Shown: positions 25,727 to 33,195 of the stretch, piece after piece
How positions within the stretch are numbered: the stretch's first letter is position 1
How the letters are laid out: each line of letters begins with the position of its first letter
IMG/VR virus record: IMGVR_UViG_3300009285_000027
DNA: 41,634 nt
Direction: 5' to 3' (one strand)
Source: a virus
Program-made: the position numbers and the translations under genes
The notes under the pieces: generated by a model
The model's database searches: none
Seen by the model: only the letters and a program-made list of their open reading frames with translations
What the model was told of the DNA's origin: nothing

Positions 25727-28033
25727 ATGAAAAGAGCAATCTTGCTAACGACGCTGCTGGCAAATCAGGGCGACACCACCGCGCCGACGGTAGTGATTAC
25801 GTGCGACCAATCCAGTCCTACCCCCGTGTCGCCTCTGACGTTTACAGTTACATTCTCGGAGGATGTAACGGGTTTTGAGGTAGCGGATTTCGGAATTACC
25901 AACGGCACGAAAGGCACGTTTACGCCGGTTTCGGCAACGGTTTATACCTTATCCGTTGTTCCTAACGCACTTGCGACTGTGACGGCAACCATCGCTGCCG
26001 GGGTATGTCAGGATGCGTCGGGAAATCTTAACACGGAAGCGACTCCGTTGGCGATTGTGTCTACTGCCATTGTTGTGGATGATTTTACTGACATCCGTTC
26101 CGCTGGAGCAATCAATGGCACATCGGCAACACCCGGGCCGGGCGTTCGCTTATGTGTGGACGTGTCTAATAAATTATCCATAGATGGTTCTGATCTTGTA
26201 TGTGCAGGAGGTAAAGCTGTGCCCGCCGTTGGGGACCCTGGAATTTGGTGGAACGCAGTTACACGCTCCCCAGGTATATGTGCAATTGCCTGCCTTTACC
26301 CTGCCGCAACTACAATCGGCTTTCTGCGAGGAGTGGTATTCGACGGAAATCAAAGCGGGGACACCGTAGACGTGGCATTCAACCTCCCGAATTTTGGTTA
26401 CACTAACGCAAAAATCGGGGCTGCTAATTTCCCGGATTTCAACGGCGTGGTCTATGCTGCGCTTAATGATGTGTATTTGGCTATCGTCCAGAGGTCGGCA
26501 GGCTATCATTTGTTGCTAAAGGGCGGGGGAAGTCATCCCGATTGGGAACGTGCTTGGGTAACGCTGGCGGGGATAACAGAAAACCTTTATCCCGGCGTTT
26601 TAAATTATGATAAAGTTTTCAACGTGGATTATTTCAGGGTTGCGCAATTAGGCGCGCCGTGGACTGCCCCATCCGCTGATGGAACCATTATTGCCTCCCC
26701 TGCGGTGGATGCGGTATTTAGACTCACTGAACGATTTTTGATTTACCTGACTGTTACACTTACCAGTTCTGGAAACATCGAAGTGCACTACAAAATTCAA
26801 GATGCTACGAATTTCATGCGAATTTTGATTTCCAGCGCAGGCGCATATTCCATGGCCAAGGTGGTGGATGGCACACCGTCTACTCTGTTGAGCGGAACCG
26901 GTGTCACAAATGGTATGCGGGTTGGAATACGAGTTCTGCCGTTGAATCTGGGCACATGGTTTCATAAAGGAGACATCACGGGCGCGTCGTATTCATACGA
27001 CGAAACGTTCATGGCGGAGGTGGACGGGAAAATTGCAGATTTAGGAACTGGAGGAGCAATCACAAGTTTAGAAATATATCCATATTACATTGGGGGAGAT
27101 GCGCTGACAGAACTAACCGCAATGAATCATGCAACATTCAAGGGCTTCCAGGTCAACTCCGCGACGATGGCGAACGCTTCGTCGCGTCTCACTATCCCTA
27201 ACGGCGAGACAGGCGGCAATGCAAATCAAGTTGTGCATCCTGATGTAGTCAGGCCAAATCCAACAGGTAAATGGAATGGATATACCTACTGGATGGTTAT
27301 CAATCCATATCCTGAGAGCGACGAATCTAAAGAAAATCCGTGGATTGTAGTTTCCGACGACATGGAGACATGGATCGAACCGCCGGGGATAATCAATCCA
27401 GTCGTGGCGGCTCCGGAAACATCACACAACGCCGATCCTGATTTGTTTTACGATGCAGATTTAGACACTCTATATTTAGCCCAGCTTACGCCTGATGGAT
27501 TAAGCTTGACATCATCCATTGATGGCATAACGTGGGCAGCACAAGCCACAATCATAGCTGGATTTCCTGATGTATCACCATCTATCGCAAAAAAGGGGGA
27601 TGGCACATTTGAAATTTACAGTATATATCCTATTGTCGGACAGGAGGTTTGCCGTGTTCGGACATGTGCCACAATCGACGGCACGTGGAGCAGCCCGACA
27701 ACCTGTTTTACACGCTCGCCATACTCAGACCCACAAAACATGTGGCATTTGGATGTCTATCTTGAAAACGGAAACTATCTTGCTATGATAACCGTCCATG
27801 ACACGGGCGATTATATGTGGCTGGCGTCCTCAACGGATGGGAGACGCTGGCACATTGCCGACACTCCACTGATGTATAAATCTGTTTCGGGGTGGGATAA
27901 CAAATGGATTTATCGCGGTTCGGTGGGAATTCGCACAGCAACAGGATTTGATGTCATCTACTCCGCAAAATCGGATGCCGGTGCAGGAGATTGGGGTGCG
28001 GGCCGAACGCAATTGACTATCCCGCTGGTGTAA
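25727..28033 (+). CDS. Large multidomain protein: N-terminal bacterial Ig-like domain, central lectin-like region, C-terminal Asp-box-like beta-propeller (glycosidase-like)
   Basis: AGGAGG RBS. TAPTVVITC...LTFTVTFSEDVTGFEVADF is Ig-like. SSIDGITW and SSTDGRRW resemble Asp-box motifs. Confidence 0.65.
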   Translation: MKRAILLTTLLANQGDTTAPTVVITCDQSSPTPVSPLTFTVTFSEDVTGFEVADFGITNGTKGTFTPVSATVYTLSVVPNALATVTATIAAGVCQDASGNLNTEATPLAIVSTAIVVDDFTDIRSAGAINGTSATPGPGVRLCVDVSNKLSIDGSDLVCAGGKAVPAVGDPGIWWNAVTRSPGICAIACLYPAATTIGFLRGVVFDGNQSGDTVDVAFNLPNFGYTNAKIGAANFPDFNGVVYAALNDVYLAIVQRSAGYHLLLKGGGSHPDWERAWVTLAGITENLYPGVLNYDKVFNVDYFRVAQLGAPWTAPSADGTIIASPAVDAVFRLTERFLIYLTVTLTSSGNIEVHYKIQDATNFMRILISSAGAYSMAKVVDGTPSTLLSGTGVTNGMRVGIRVLPLNLGTWFHKGDITGASYSYDETFMAEVDGKIADLGTGGAITSLEIYPYYIGGDALTELTAMNHATFKGFQVNSATMANASSRLTIPNGETGGNANQVVHPDVVRPNPTGKWNGYTYWMVINPYPESDESKENPWIVVSDDMETWIEPPGIINPVVAAPETSHNADPDLFYDADLDTLYLAQLTPDGLSLTSSIDGITWAAQATIIAGFPDVSPSIAKKGDGTFEIYSIYPIVGQEVCRVRTCATIDGTWSSPTTCFTRSPYSDPQNMWHLDVYLENGNYLAMITVHDTGDYMWLASSTDGRRWHIADTPLMYKSVSGWDNKWIYRGSVGIRTATGFDVIYSAKSDAGAGDWGAGRTQLTIPLV

Positions 28034-28064
28034 ATAGAATGAACATTCGGTGAAAGGAAAAATC

Positions 28065-28520
28065 ATGACTTACGACAGCGAGAAGGATACGAGAGAACAC
28101 ATCCGGCACGTTGACCATTTCATGAAGGAAATCTTCTTCAAGTTGCTTGACCGAAAAGAAAAGCACGACGCAAGCAAGTTGGAGCAACCCGAAAAGGAAA
28201 CGTACGACACTCTTGTACCCAGGCTCAAACTTTTGAAATATGGAAGTCCTGAGTACGAGGCGCTTCTAAAGGAAATGAAACCCGCGCTTGCTCATCACTT
28301 CGCAAACAACCGTCATCACCCGGAACACTTCGAGAACGGCATTGACGATATGACCTTAGTAGACGTTGTGGAAATGTTTTGTGATTGGATGGCCGCAAGC
28401 ATCAGAAGCGATACAGGATTTTCAAAAGGTTTAGAGGTGAACAAAAAGCGTTTCAATATGTCTGACCAACTTTACAGGATATTTGCCAATACCGCTAAAG
28501 AACTCGGCTGGTATGAATAA
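28065..28520 (+). CDS. DUF5662-like helical (HD-like) protein
   Basis: ORF 28050..28520. The ATG at 28065 follows GAAAGGAAA. Motifs HIRHV...KHDASK...YGSPEY...LAHHFANNRHHPEHF match my recollection of the DUF5662 family. Confidence 0.6.
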   Translation: MTYDSEKDTREHIRHVDHFMKEIFFKLLDRKEKHDASKLEQPEKETYDTLVPRLKLLKYGSPEYEALLKEMKPALAHHFANNRHHPEHFENGIDDMTLVDVVEMFCDWMAASIRSDTGFSKGLEVNKKRFNMSDQLYRIFANTAKELGWYE

Positions 28521-28678
28521 AACGGATATTTGTTTGGAGACTGCATGAAACTAACCGCTCTTGGAGTGAAGACCTGGTGACGTATGACAACGTTATTTGT
28601 ATGACCCAACGCGTGGCGGCGGATGGCCGTAAACACAACGCCACCGATACTGACAGTAACGGTGTACAATATCAACAA

Positions 28679-28696
28679 CATCTCCGCGCGGAGATG
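28679..28696. promoter_or_regulatory. Perfect 18-bp palindrome catctccgc|gcggagatg
   Basis: Read directly. Lies 20 nt upstream of the ATG at 28717. Either an operator-like site or a short hairpin. Confidence 0.3.
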
Positions 28697-28716
28697 AATT
28701 AGTAAAAGGAGATCAT

Positions 28717-28950
28717 ATGCAGTACACTCCGAGACCTGAGGACTTCGAGAAACTTGAGAACAACTTTAAGTATCATGCGCCGAAGCCTGACCAACCCGAA
28801 CGCTATGAGGCAATTCGAGCGAAGGCAAAGGAATTTGCTGAGTTGCTTGTGAAAAATTGCCCGCCTAGCCGCGAGTTATCGGTGTCCCTCACCGAACTTG
28901 AAACGTCAGTTATGTGGGCAAATGCATCAATTGCCCGTAACGAAAAGTAA
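28717..28950 (+). CDS. Small helical-hairpin protein of a widespread phage family (possibly Acb2/Tad1-hairpin-like)
   Basis: 77 aa with AAAGGAGA RBS. Motif FKYHAP...ERYEAIRAKAKEFAELL...SRELSVSLTELETSVMWANASIA. The family assignment is from memory and unverified. Confidence 0.6.
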   Translation: MQYTPRPEDFEKLENNFKYHAPKPDQPERYEAIRAKAKEFAELLVKNCPPSRELSVSLTELETSVMWANASIARNEK

Positions 28951-28964
28951 AAGGAGAATTCTCA

Positions 28965-29171
28965 ATGAATAAGTTTTTGTCAGTTGTGGCGGCGTTGCCG
29001 TTGCCAATCCCCCTGTTTCTGCTGGCCGTGACGTTCATCTATGGCCTGTTGAAATATTTCTTCCCCGATCTGCCGTTCACGCAGGAGCAGATTCAGTACG
29101 TGCTTGAGCAGTTACTCGCACTTTTCGGCATCGTCCTGACTGCCCAGTTGCGAACGCGAGGCGTCTTGTAA
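28965..29171 (+). CDS. Small membrane protein, last rightward gene
   Basis: 68 aa with AAAGGAGA RBS and two hydrophobic helices. Confidence 0.5.
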   Translation: MNKFLSVVAALPLPIPLFLLAVTFIYGLLKYFFPDLPFTQEQIQYVLEQLLALFGIVLTAQLRTRGVL

Positions 29172-29199
29172 CAGACAACGCGGCTCCGATAGAAAAATG

Positions 29200-29237
29200 G
29201 AAACCTCCCGACTTCTGCTTTCGAGTCGGGAGGTTTC
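29200..29237. terminator. Bidirectional intrinsic terminator at the convergence of the two arms
   Basis: gaaacctcccgact (29200-29213) pairs with agtcgggaggtttc (29224-29237), a perfect 14-bp stem. The minus strand continues CAUUUUUCU and the plus strand ends in UUUCGUU. Confidence 0.8.
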
Positions 29238-29252
29238 GTTAGGAGGAGAGCC

Positions 29253-29378
29253 GCACAACGGCTTGCGTTACTGGCTTTGCGGTAGCCCGCAGTGCCGACA
29301 CAATTTACTAACCTCATTCGCCGGCTCGAACTTTTCGCAGGTGCATACCAGCAAAGTCCGCTGCACGCGGTGTTGGGC
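29253..29378 (-). mobile_element. attC-like site D (126 bp)
   Basis: The minus strand reads GCCCAAC-ACCGC-GTGCAGCGGAC ... GCCAGTAAC-GCAAGCC-GTTGTGC. The TAA stop of CDS 29268..29558 lies in the TAAC box. The 5' half pairs with the 3' half (CUUUGC/GCAAAG). Confidence 0.7.
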
Positions 29379-29558
29379 GGCGCGGCCTTGCTCCTCAACT
29401 TCGTATTGATAGAAACCGAGACAGCCGCCGACATTTCCAGCCAGTGAGCCACGCTTTATTTCTTTCGCAGCATCACGCACCAACGCGGCGATGTCTTCAA
29501 TCTCGTCGGCGTAGACAGTTAGGGTGAGTTTCAACTCTGCGTTTTCAACAATTGCCAT
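29268..29558 (-). CDS. Cassette ORF, hypothetical (C-terminal CxC...CxxC encoded by the attC-like element)
   Basis: 96-aa ORF. The last ~37 codons are read from attC-like site D. Confidence 0.6.
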   Translation of the reverse strand: MAIVENAELKLTLTVYADEIEDIAALVRDAAKEIKRGSLAGNVGGCLGFYQYEVEEQGRAAQHRVQRTLLVCTCEKFEPANEVSKLCRHCGLPQSQ

Positions 29559-29584
29559 AATACACTTTCCTTTCTTTATCTACC

Positions 29585-29603
29585 ATAGAACGGCTTGTGT
29601 TAC
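29585..29603 (-). mobile_element. Degenerate attC 3' half-site G
   Basis: The minus strand reads GGGTAAC-ACAAGCC-GTTCTAT. The stop of CDS 29600..29827 lies in the TAAC box. No matching RYYYAAC was found upstream. Confidence 0.35.
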
Positions 29604-29827
29604 CCGTGGCGGCGTACTCCTATCCACGGATAACTCATATAAAAAGTTTCAATCTCTGGATCATTGTGGCATAGTTTTGTAAATATTCTGCCATCTTTCC
29701 CTGTTTCAATATCGAAGCATGAAAATCTACCAGCCGCTAAAACTGCCGCTTTGATATTTTTATACGTGCGCCTCTTGCCGCGCAAATCAGACACGGTGTC
29801 AAAACTATCTAAATATATAACGCTCAT
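29600..29827 (-). CDS. Cassette ORF, hypothetical
   Basis: ORF 29600..29851. The ATG at 29827 follows GAAAGAAAGG. Confidence 0.55.
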   Translation of the reverse strand: MSVIYLDSFDTVSDLRGKRRTYKNIKAAVLAAGRFSCFDIETGKDGRIFTKLCHNDPEIETFYMSYPWIGVRRHG

Positions 29828-29857
29828 TTTGCCTTTCTTTCGGACAGCCACGAAGCC

Positions 29858-29963
29858 ACCTAACGGCTTGTATTACCCGCGAGTGGGCGGGATAAACTTT
29901 CAGACTAGATAAATGCCTGCAAACGGAGAGCATACCCATCATCCGCTGCACGCATTGTTAGGC
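29858..29963 (-). mobile_element. attC-like site E (106 bp, fully intergenic)
   Basis: The minus strand reads GCCTAAC-AATGC-GTGCAGCGGAT ... CCCGCCCACTCGCGGGTAAT-ACAAGCC-GTTAGGT. It starts 3 nt after the TAG of CDS 29967..30185. Confidence 0.75.
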
Positions 29964-29966
29964 GTG

Positions 29967-30185
29967 CTAATTTCCTTCAAGATACAAATAAGACTTTTCC
30001 TTGCGCTTATTTTCTTCACTCATGGTTGGATGTGAGCGCATTATCCAGCCACCTTCGTTTTCGACTCCCTGAACAACATGCCATTCATCTTCTGAAATAA
30101 TTTCATAATCGCTATAGCGACCATTCAGGATTTCCATATCATCAGGATATTGTTCCAACATCTTTTTCAATTGACCTACGTTCAT
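29967..30185 (-). CDS. Cassette ORF, hypothetical acidic protein
   Basis: ORF 29967..30188. The ATG at 30185 lies 7 nt after AAAGGAGA. Confidence 0.6.
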   Translation of the reverse strand: MNVGQLKKMLEQYPDDMEILNGRYSDYEIISEDEWHVVQGVENEGGWIMRSHPTMSEENKRKEKSYLYLEGN

Positions 30186-30209
30186 CACGTTTCTCCTTTC
30201 GCAAGAAAA

Positions 30210-30335
30210 CGACTAACGGCTTGCGTTAGCGGCAGGGCGAACAGATAGAGCAATATAAATTGCCATGTTCGTCCATCTTGAAAGCCGCACTGTTTACGTG
30301 GGTGCAAGCCCCGTCGGCTGCACGCGGTGTTAGAA
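30210..30335 (-). mobile_element. attC-like site C (126 bp)
   Basis: The minus strand reads TTCTAAC-ACCGC-GTGCAGCCGACGG ... GCCGCTAAC-GCAAGCC-GTTAGTC. The TAA of CDS 30226..30477 lies in the TAAC box. Confidence 0.75.
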
Positions 30336-30477
30336 GGCATCTCTCGCATTTCACCTTCTTGGGGGCAACTTTGCAATAGCGATACACTTCATGACCACAT
30401 TCAAGTTTCAACATGCGACCATAGCTATCACCATAAGATACTGACAAAACCTTTGAGTAATTTCTGTAATCTGACAT
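30226..30477 (-). CDS. Cassette ORF, zinc-ribbon-like small protein
   Basis: 83 aa with CGH...C, CERC and CSICSPC. The C-terminal ~36 codons are read from attC-like site C. Confidence 0.6.
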   Translation of the reverse strand: MSDYRNYSKVLSVSYGDSYGRMLKLECGHEVYRYCKVAPKKVKCERCLLTPRAADGACTHVNSAAFKMDEHGNLYCSICSPCR

Positions 30478-30484
30478 AGATGCC

Positions 30485-30554
30485 TTCTAACGGTTTGCGT
30501 TACTGGCGCAAGCCTTATAAGTTTATTTTTCACGCGCCTTGCGGCGGGTTGATC
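30485..30554 (-). mobile_element. attC-like site F (70 bp)
   Basis: The minus strand reads GATCAAC-CCGCCGCAAGGCGCG ... GGCTTGCGCCAGTAAC-GCAAACC-GTTAGAA. The internal dyad GCCGCAAGGC / GGCTTGCGCC pairs at 8 of 10 positions. Confidence 0.6.
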
Positions 30555-30834
30555 CGCATATCGCACACGTAACGGCATCTGTGCCGATCAAAGCATACTC
30601 CGCACCACAATCGGCACAAACCGGCTGCCGCGCGCTGGGATGGGCGGCCTCTGCTTCTTTGATTGCATTGTAAACCGCCTCGTAGGCGCGATTGTATATG
30701 TCTGTAAATTCCGCGCTCGGCCACGGAAGATGCCGTGCGATGGCATCACGTACTGGCGCCATAAACTTTTCGACGCGCTGATCACCCTCCCACCATGGTT
30801 TTATCGGGACTGTTACAGCCTCGTCTTTTTTCAT
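30523..30834 (-). CDS. Hypothetical protein with C-terminal zinc ribbon
   Basis: 103 aa with CADCG...CAICG and ATGA overlap to the upstream gene. Confidence 0.6.
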   Translation of the reverse strand: MKKDEAVTVPIKPWWEGDQRVEKFMAPVRDAIARHLPWPSAEFTDIYNRAYEAVYNAIKEAEAAHPSARQPVCADCGAEYALIGTDAVTCAICGSTRRKAREK

Positions 30835-31163
30835 TTCGTCTCCGTTCTGTTTGGGCGTGTGTTCTTTGACATTAGTTTTATCTGTTCTCTCTTATCGTTG
30901 AAGTATTTCAGTGCTTCCGGAATTCGATGAAACCAGCGCGGCAAAATTCGGTAGGGGTTGGGCGGAGTTATCAAACCCAGTGCGTTCAATATCTTTTCGT
31001 CTTGTGGAACGTAGTTTGCATCATCCACAAAACGCTGGAGAGTTCCAAACTTTATCTCTCCGCCGTAGTAGTCACGAGCGATGACGCGGTAGGATTTCAC
31101 GACCTTATGCAGGCGGCGCAGCTGTGACTTTGCTTTCCTGATTTTGGCTTTAGACGGTTTCAT
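30831..31163 (-). CDS. Hypothetical basic protein
   Basis: 110-aa Lys/Arg-rich ORF. Confidence 0.55.
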   Translation of the reverse strand: MKPSKAKIRKAKSQLRRLHKVVKSYRVIARDYYGGEIKFGTLQRFVDDANYVPQDEKILNALGLITPPNPYRILPRWFHRIPEALKYFNDKREQIKLMSKNTRPNRTETK

Positions 31164-31264
31164 TTGGTGGCGGCTTTCCGTATATGTTTTTTAGTAGCTC
31201 ACGCAGGTGTCACGGGCGGTGACGGGCATTGTAATTCTGGTTGTGCGACCCCAAAACGCCCGTT

Positions 31265-31387
31265 TCACTTCTTCGGCGGCTTGCGTAGGTCGCGCCAGGC
31301 GATGTACGCCAGGGCGCACGCGATCCCGGCCACAACCCATGCGACCTGTGCGCATAACTCCCAACCACGAGTGATACTGTCATCCAT
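31265..31387 (-). CDS. Possible 40-aa single-TM peptide (below the ORF-track cutoff)
   Basis: ATG (rc of 31385-31387) to TGA (31265-31267), giving MDDSITRGWELCAQVAWVVAGIACALAYIAWRDLRKPPKK. More protein-like than the overlapping Arg-rich 66-aa track ORF 31210..31410. Confidence 0.35.
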   Translation of the reverse strand: MDDSITRGWELCAQVAWVVAGIACALAYIAWRDLRKPPKK

Positions 31388-31395
31388 TTTTGTCT

Positions 31396-31429
31396 CACTT
31401 TTTCACTCACTTGTCACTTCACTTCACTT
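31396..31429. repeat. Cluster of cactt pentamers (five copies, three in tandem at 31415-31429)
   Basis: Read directly. On the gene-sense strand it is a purine-rich AAGTG array just upstream of the small TM ORF. Confidence 0.8.
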
Positions 31430-31480
31430 CGCTTTTTCGCTTTACGGGTAAATCTGCATTCCAGGCGTGTAAATAATATG

Positions 31481-32032
31481 TCAGTGGGGGATAGGCGGTA
31501 AAGGATTTCCATTGGCAATCTTACGCACAAGTTTCCAGTCCCCTACCGTATCGGGAGAGTTTGCGTGTTCGGATTTGCGGAACAACGCGCCGTAGTGCCT
31601 CCACTTGTTCTTGAGTTCTACAAACTCAGAGCGCGGAAACTTCCCTGACTTGACCCAGAAACCCTCAGTCGTATCAACCTTGTCCAAGCCCCAGTCACTC
31701 CGCATCTGAATTAGCGTGCGCGCAAATCCGCGTTCCTTGTCGAATTTTACAAGGTCAACCGTCATTTGATTTACGACGCCATTGATGCGGACTGGCGGCA
31801 TGATGCGTTGGGCGGGCCGCTTGGGAGCCTCTGGCGCGTGTGATGTGTATTCAAGGTCTGACTTCTCAGCTCGCAGTAAAAAGATTGCATGACAGCAAGC
31901 GACAAAGCCGAAACCAAAGTAAATGGAGTAACTGAACCACGGAGACCACTTACCGCCAAAGTTGTAAACCAAATAGACGCCTGCTAACAGGCTTGCATTT
32001 GGAAACAACCAGTAGTAATGCTGGACATACAT
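31481..32032 (-). CDS. Membrane protein (two N-terminal TM helices + soluble C-terminal domain)
   Basis: 183 aa with TAATG overlap to the upstream gene. Confidence 0.65.
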   Translation of the reverse strand: MYVQHYYWLFPNASLLAGVYLVYNFGGKWSPWFSYSIYFGFGFVACCHAIFLLRAEKSDLEYTSHAPEAPKRPAQRIMPPVRINGVVNQMTVDLVKFDKERGFARTLIQMRSDWGLDKVDTTEGFWVKSGKFPRSEFVELKNKWRHYGALFRKSEHANSPDTVGDWKLVRKIANGNPLPPIPH

Positions 32033-32283
32033 TACACGTCTCTCACTTGTTCGCGTCTCAGAATGATCGGCCCTTCCCCTTTCGACACATTACCGTGATA
32101 GCGATTGATATAGACTCGGAGTGTGCCGTCGGGCTGCTCGTAATATTTGCAATCATACGCGGCGATCCCCATGTCGCGCGTTTCTTTATCGTAGATCACG
32201 TTCCCATTTTTCAACATTCGGTTGACGCCGATAATGGTGATCGTGTCGATGGGGATTAGATCATCGCCTACAATCTCAGGCAT
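32032..32283 (-). CDS. Hypothetical protein
   Basis: ORF 32032..32394. The ATG at 32283 overlaps the upstream TAA (TAATG). Confidence 0.55.
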   Translation of the reverse strand: MPEIVGDDLIPIDTITIIGVNRMLKNGNVIYDKETRDMGIAAYDCKYYEQPDGTLRVYINRYHGNVSKGEGPIILRREQVRDV

Positions 32284-32420
32284 TATCTTTTTCTCAACAC
32301 AATCAGGAAGAACACAATCACAGCGGCAACGATTGGTAACGCCGCATCTCCAATCTCGACCCACTGTGCAACCACGATAATGGAAGAACCGCACGCGAAG
32401 ATGAAAGCAATGATGAGCAT
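32283..32420 (-). CDS. 45-aa double-TM mini-protein
   Basis: ORF 32283..32522. The ATG at 32420 follows AGGAA. Sequence MLIIAFIFACGSSIIVVAQWVEIGDAALPIVAAVIVFFLIVL. Confidence 0.45.
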   Translation of the reverse strand: MLIIAFIFACGSSIIVVAQWVEIGDAALPIVAAVIVFFLIVLRKR

Positions 32421-32448
32421 GATTCCTGCAATTCTGTTCCTGGACACG

Positions 32449-32565
32449 TTACGCCTCCGTGAAAATCTTCCACGCCCACCACAACAAAAACAGGAGTCCC
32501 GGAACTGTGAGCACAACGACAAGTAGAATTTCTCTGACGCGAGTAACCTTGTTTTTATCCATCAT
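32449..32565 (-). CDS. 38-aa single-TM mini-protein (below the ORF-track cutoff)
   Basis: ATGATG start (rc of 32560-32565) overlapping the upstream stop. Sequence MMDKNKVTRVREILLVVVLTVPGLLFLLWWAWKIFTEA. Confidence 0.35.
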   Translation of the reverse strand: MMDKNKVTRVREILLVVVLTVPGLLFLLWWAWKIFTEA

Positions 32566-32758
32566 TCACATCCTTGAAATAATAGCCTGGGTCGTCCTGC
32601 ATCGGCGGCGTTTCGTGCGGCTCAGCGGGAGTGTGGTCCGAGTGAAACCAGATGGGTGGCAGTGGCACGATGCCTTTCCGCCACAGAAACGAAATCAGGA
32701 TAGCGGCGATGAGGCCGAATACAAAAAACAGAATGGAGGCGTTCTCGGGATTACTCAT
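32555..32758 (-). CDS. 67-aa single-TM protein
   Basis: ATGA overlap to the upstream gene. TM segment ILFFVFGLIAAILISFLW. Confidence 0.5.
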   Translation of the reverse strand: MSNPENASILFFVFGLIAAILISFLWRKGIVPLPPIWFHSDHTPAEPHETPPMQDDPGYYFKDVNDG

Positions 32759-32967
32759 TTTGACCTGATGAAATTGATGCTGTTATCTTCTTCGTCAATC
32801 ACAACCTTTTCAACCCGGCCTGCACGATACGCCTGTTCAATTTCGCGCCTTACGCGGCGGGATGATCTCCGATTGATTTTCCATACTGCAAAACGCGAAC
32901 TGCCTTTTAATAAAATAAATGTGGCAGTAAAAAACAAAATACCAAATGGAAGGAACGAGTCTATCAT
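32755..32967 (-). CDS. 70-aa single-TM protein
   Basis: ATGA overlaps. TM segment FLPFGILFFTATFILL followed by a basic tail. Confidence 0.5.
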   Translation of the reverse strand: MIDSFLPFGILFFTATFILLKGSSRFAVWKINRRSSRRVRREIEQAYRAGRVEKVVIDEEDNSINFIRSK

Positions 32968-33164
32968 TGGTTGCGTTCCGTCTCATGCAGATGCAGAGTA
33001 CACACGTCATACCACCACTGCATAATGGCATTTTTCGCCTTACGCCCAACGTTATTCTCAATTTCACTCTCTGATGCGTTTGCGACAGCTTCAAAAAAAG
33101 TCTCGCGTTCTTTTGCAGGCAGATTGTCTTCCGAGTTTATAGCGGTCAACAGTTTCGTAAACAT
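32964..33164 (-). CDS. Hypothetical small protein
   Basis: 66-aa ORF with GGAAAGGA upstream of the ATG. Confidence 0.55.
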   Translation of the reverse strand: MFTKLLTAINSEDNLPAKERETFFEAVANASESEIENNVGRKAKNAIMQWWYDVCTLHLHETERNQ

Positions 33165-33175
33165 GCTTATATCCT

Positions 33176-33195
33176 TTCCAACGGTCTCGGTTAGC
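33176..33195 (-). mobile_element. Degenerate attC 3' half-site H
   Basis: The minus strand reads GCCGCTAAC-CGAGACC-GTTGGAA. The TAA of CDS 33191..33400 lies in the TAAC box. Confidence 0.35.

Noticed and set aside
28472-28702. 69-aa minus-strand ORF 28472..28681 and a 41-aa plus-strand GTG ORF 28577..28702 in the 195-nt gap.
   Set aside because: The minus ORF is antisense within a rightward operon and has no RBS. The plus ORF is short, has a GTG start with only a distant GGAG, and shows no recognisable features. Neither is supportable from sequence alone.
31210-31410. 66-aa GTG-start ORF from the track.
   Set aside because: Arg/Ser/Gly-rich junk-like sequence. The alternative frame gives a clean 40-aa TM peptide with an ATG start.
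32459-33025. 188-aa plus-strand ORF, with similar plus-strand ORFs at 36682..37143, 38787..39206 and 40998..41429 inside the leftward arm.
   Set aside because: All are antisense to tightly coupled, RBS-supported minus-strand genes. They are compositionally biased and lack RBS sequences.
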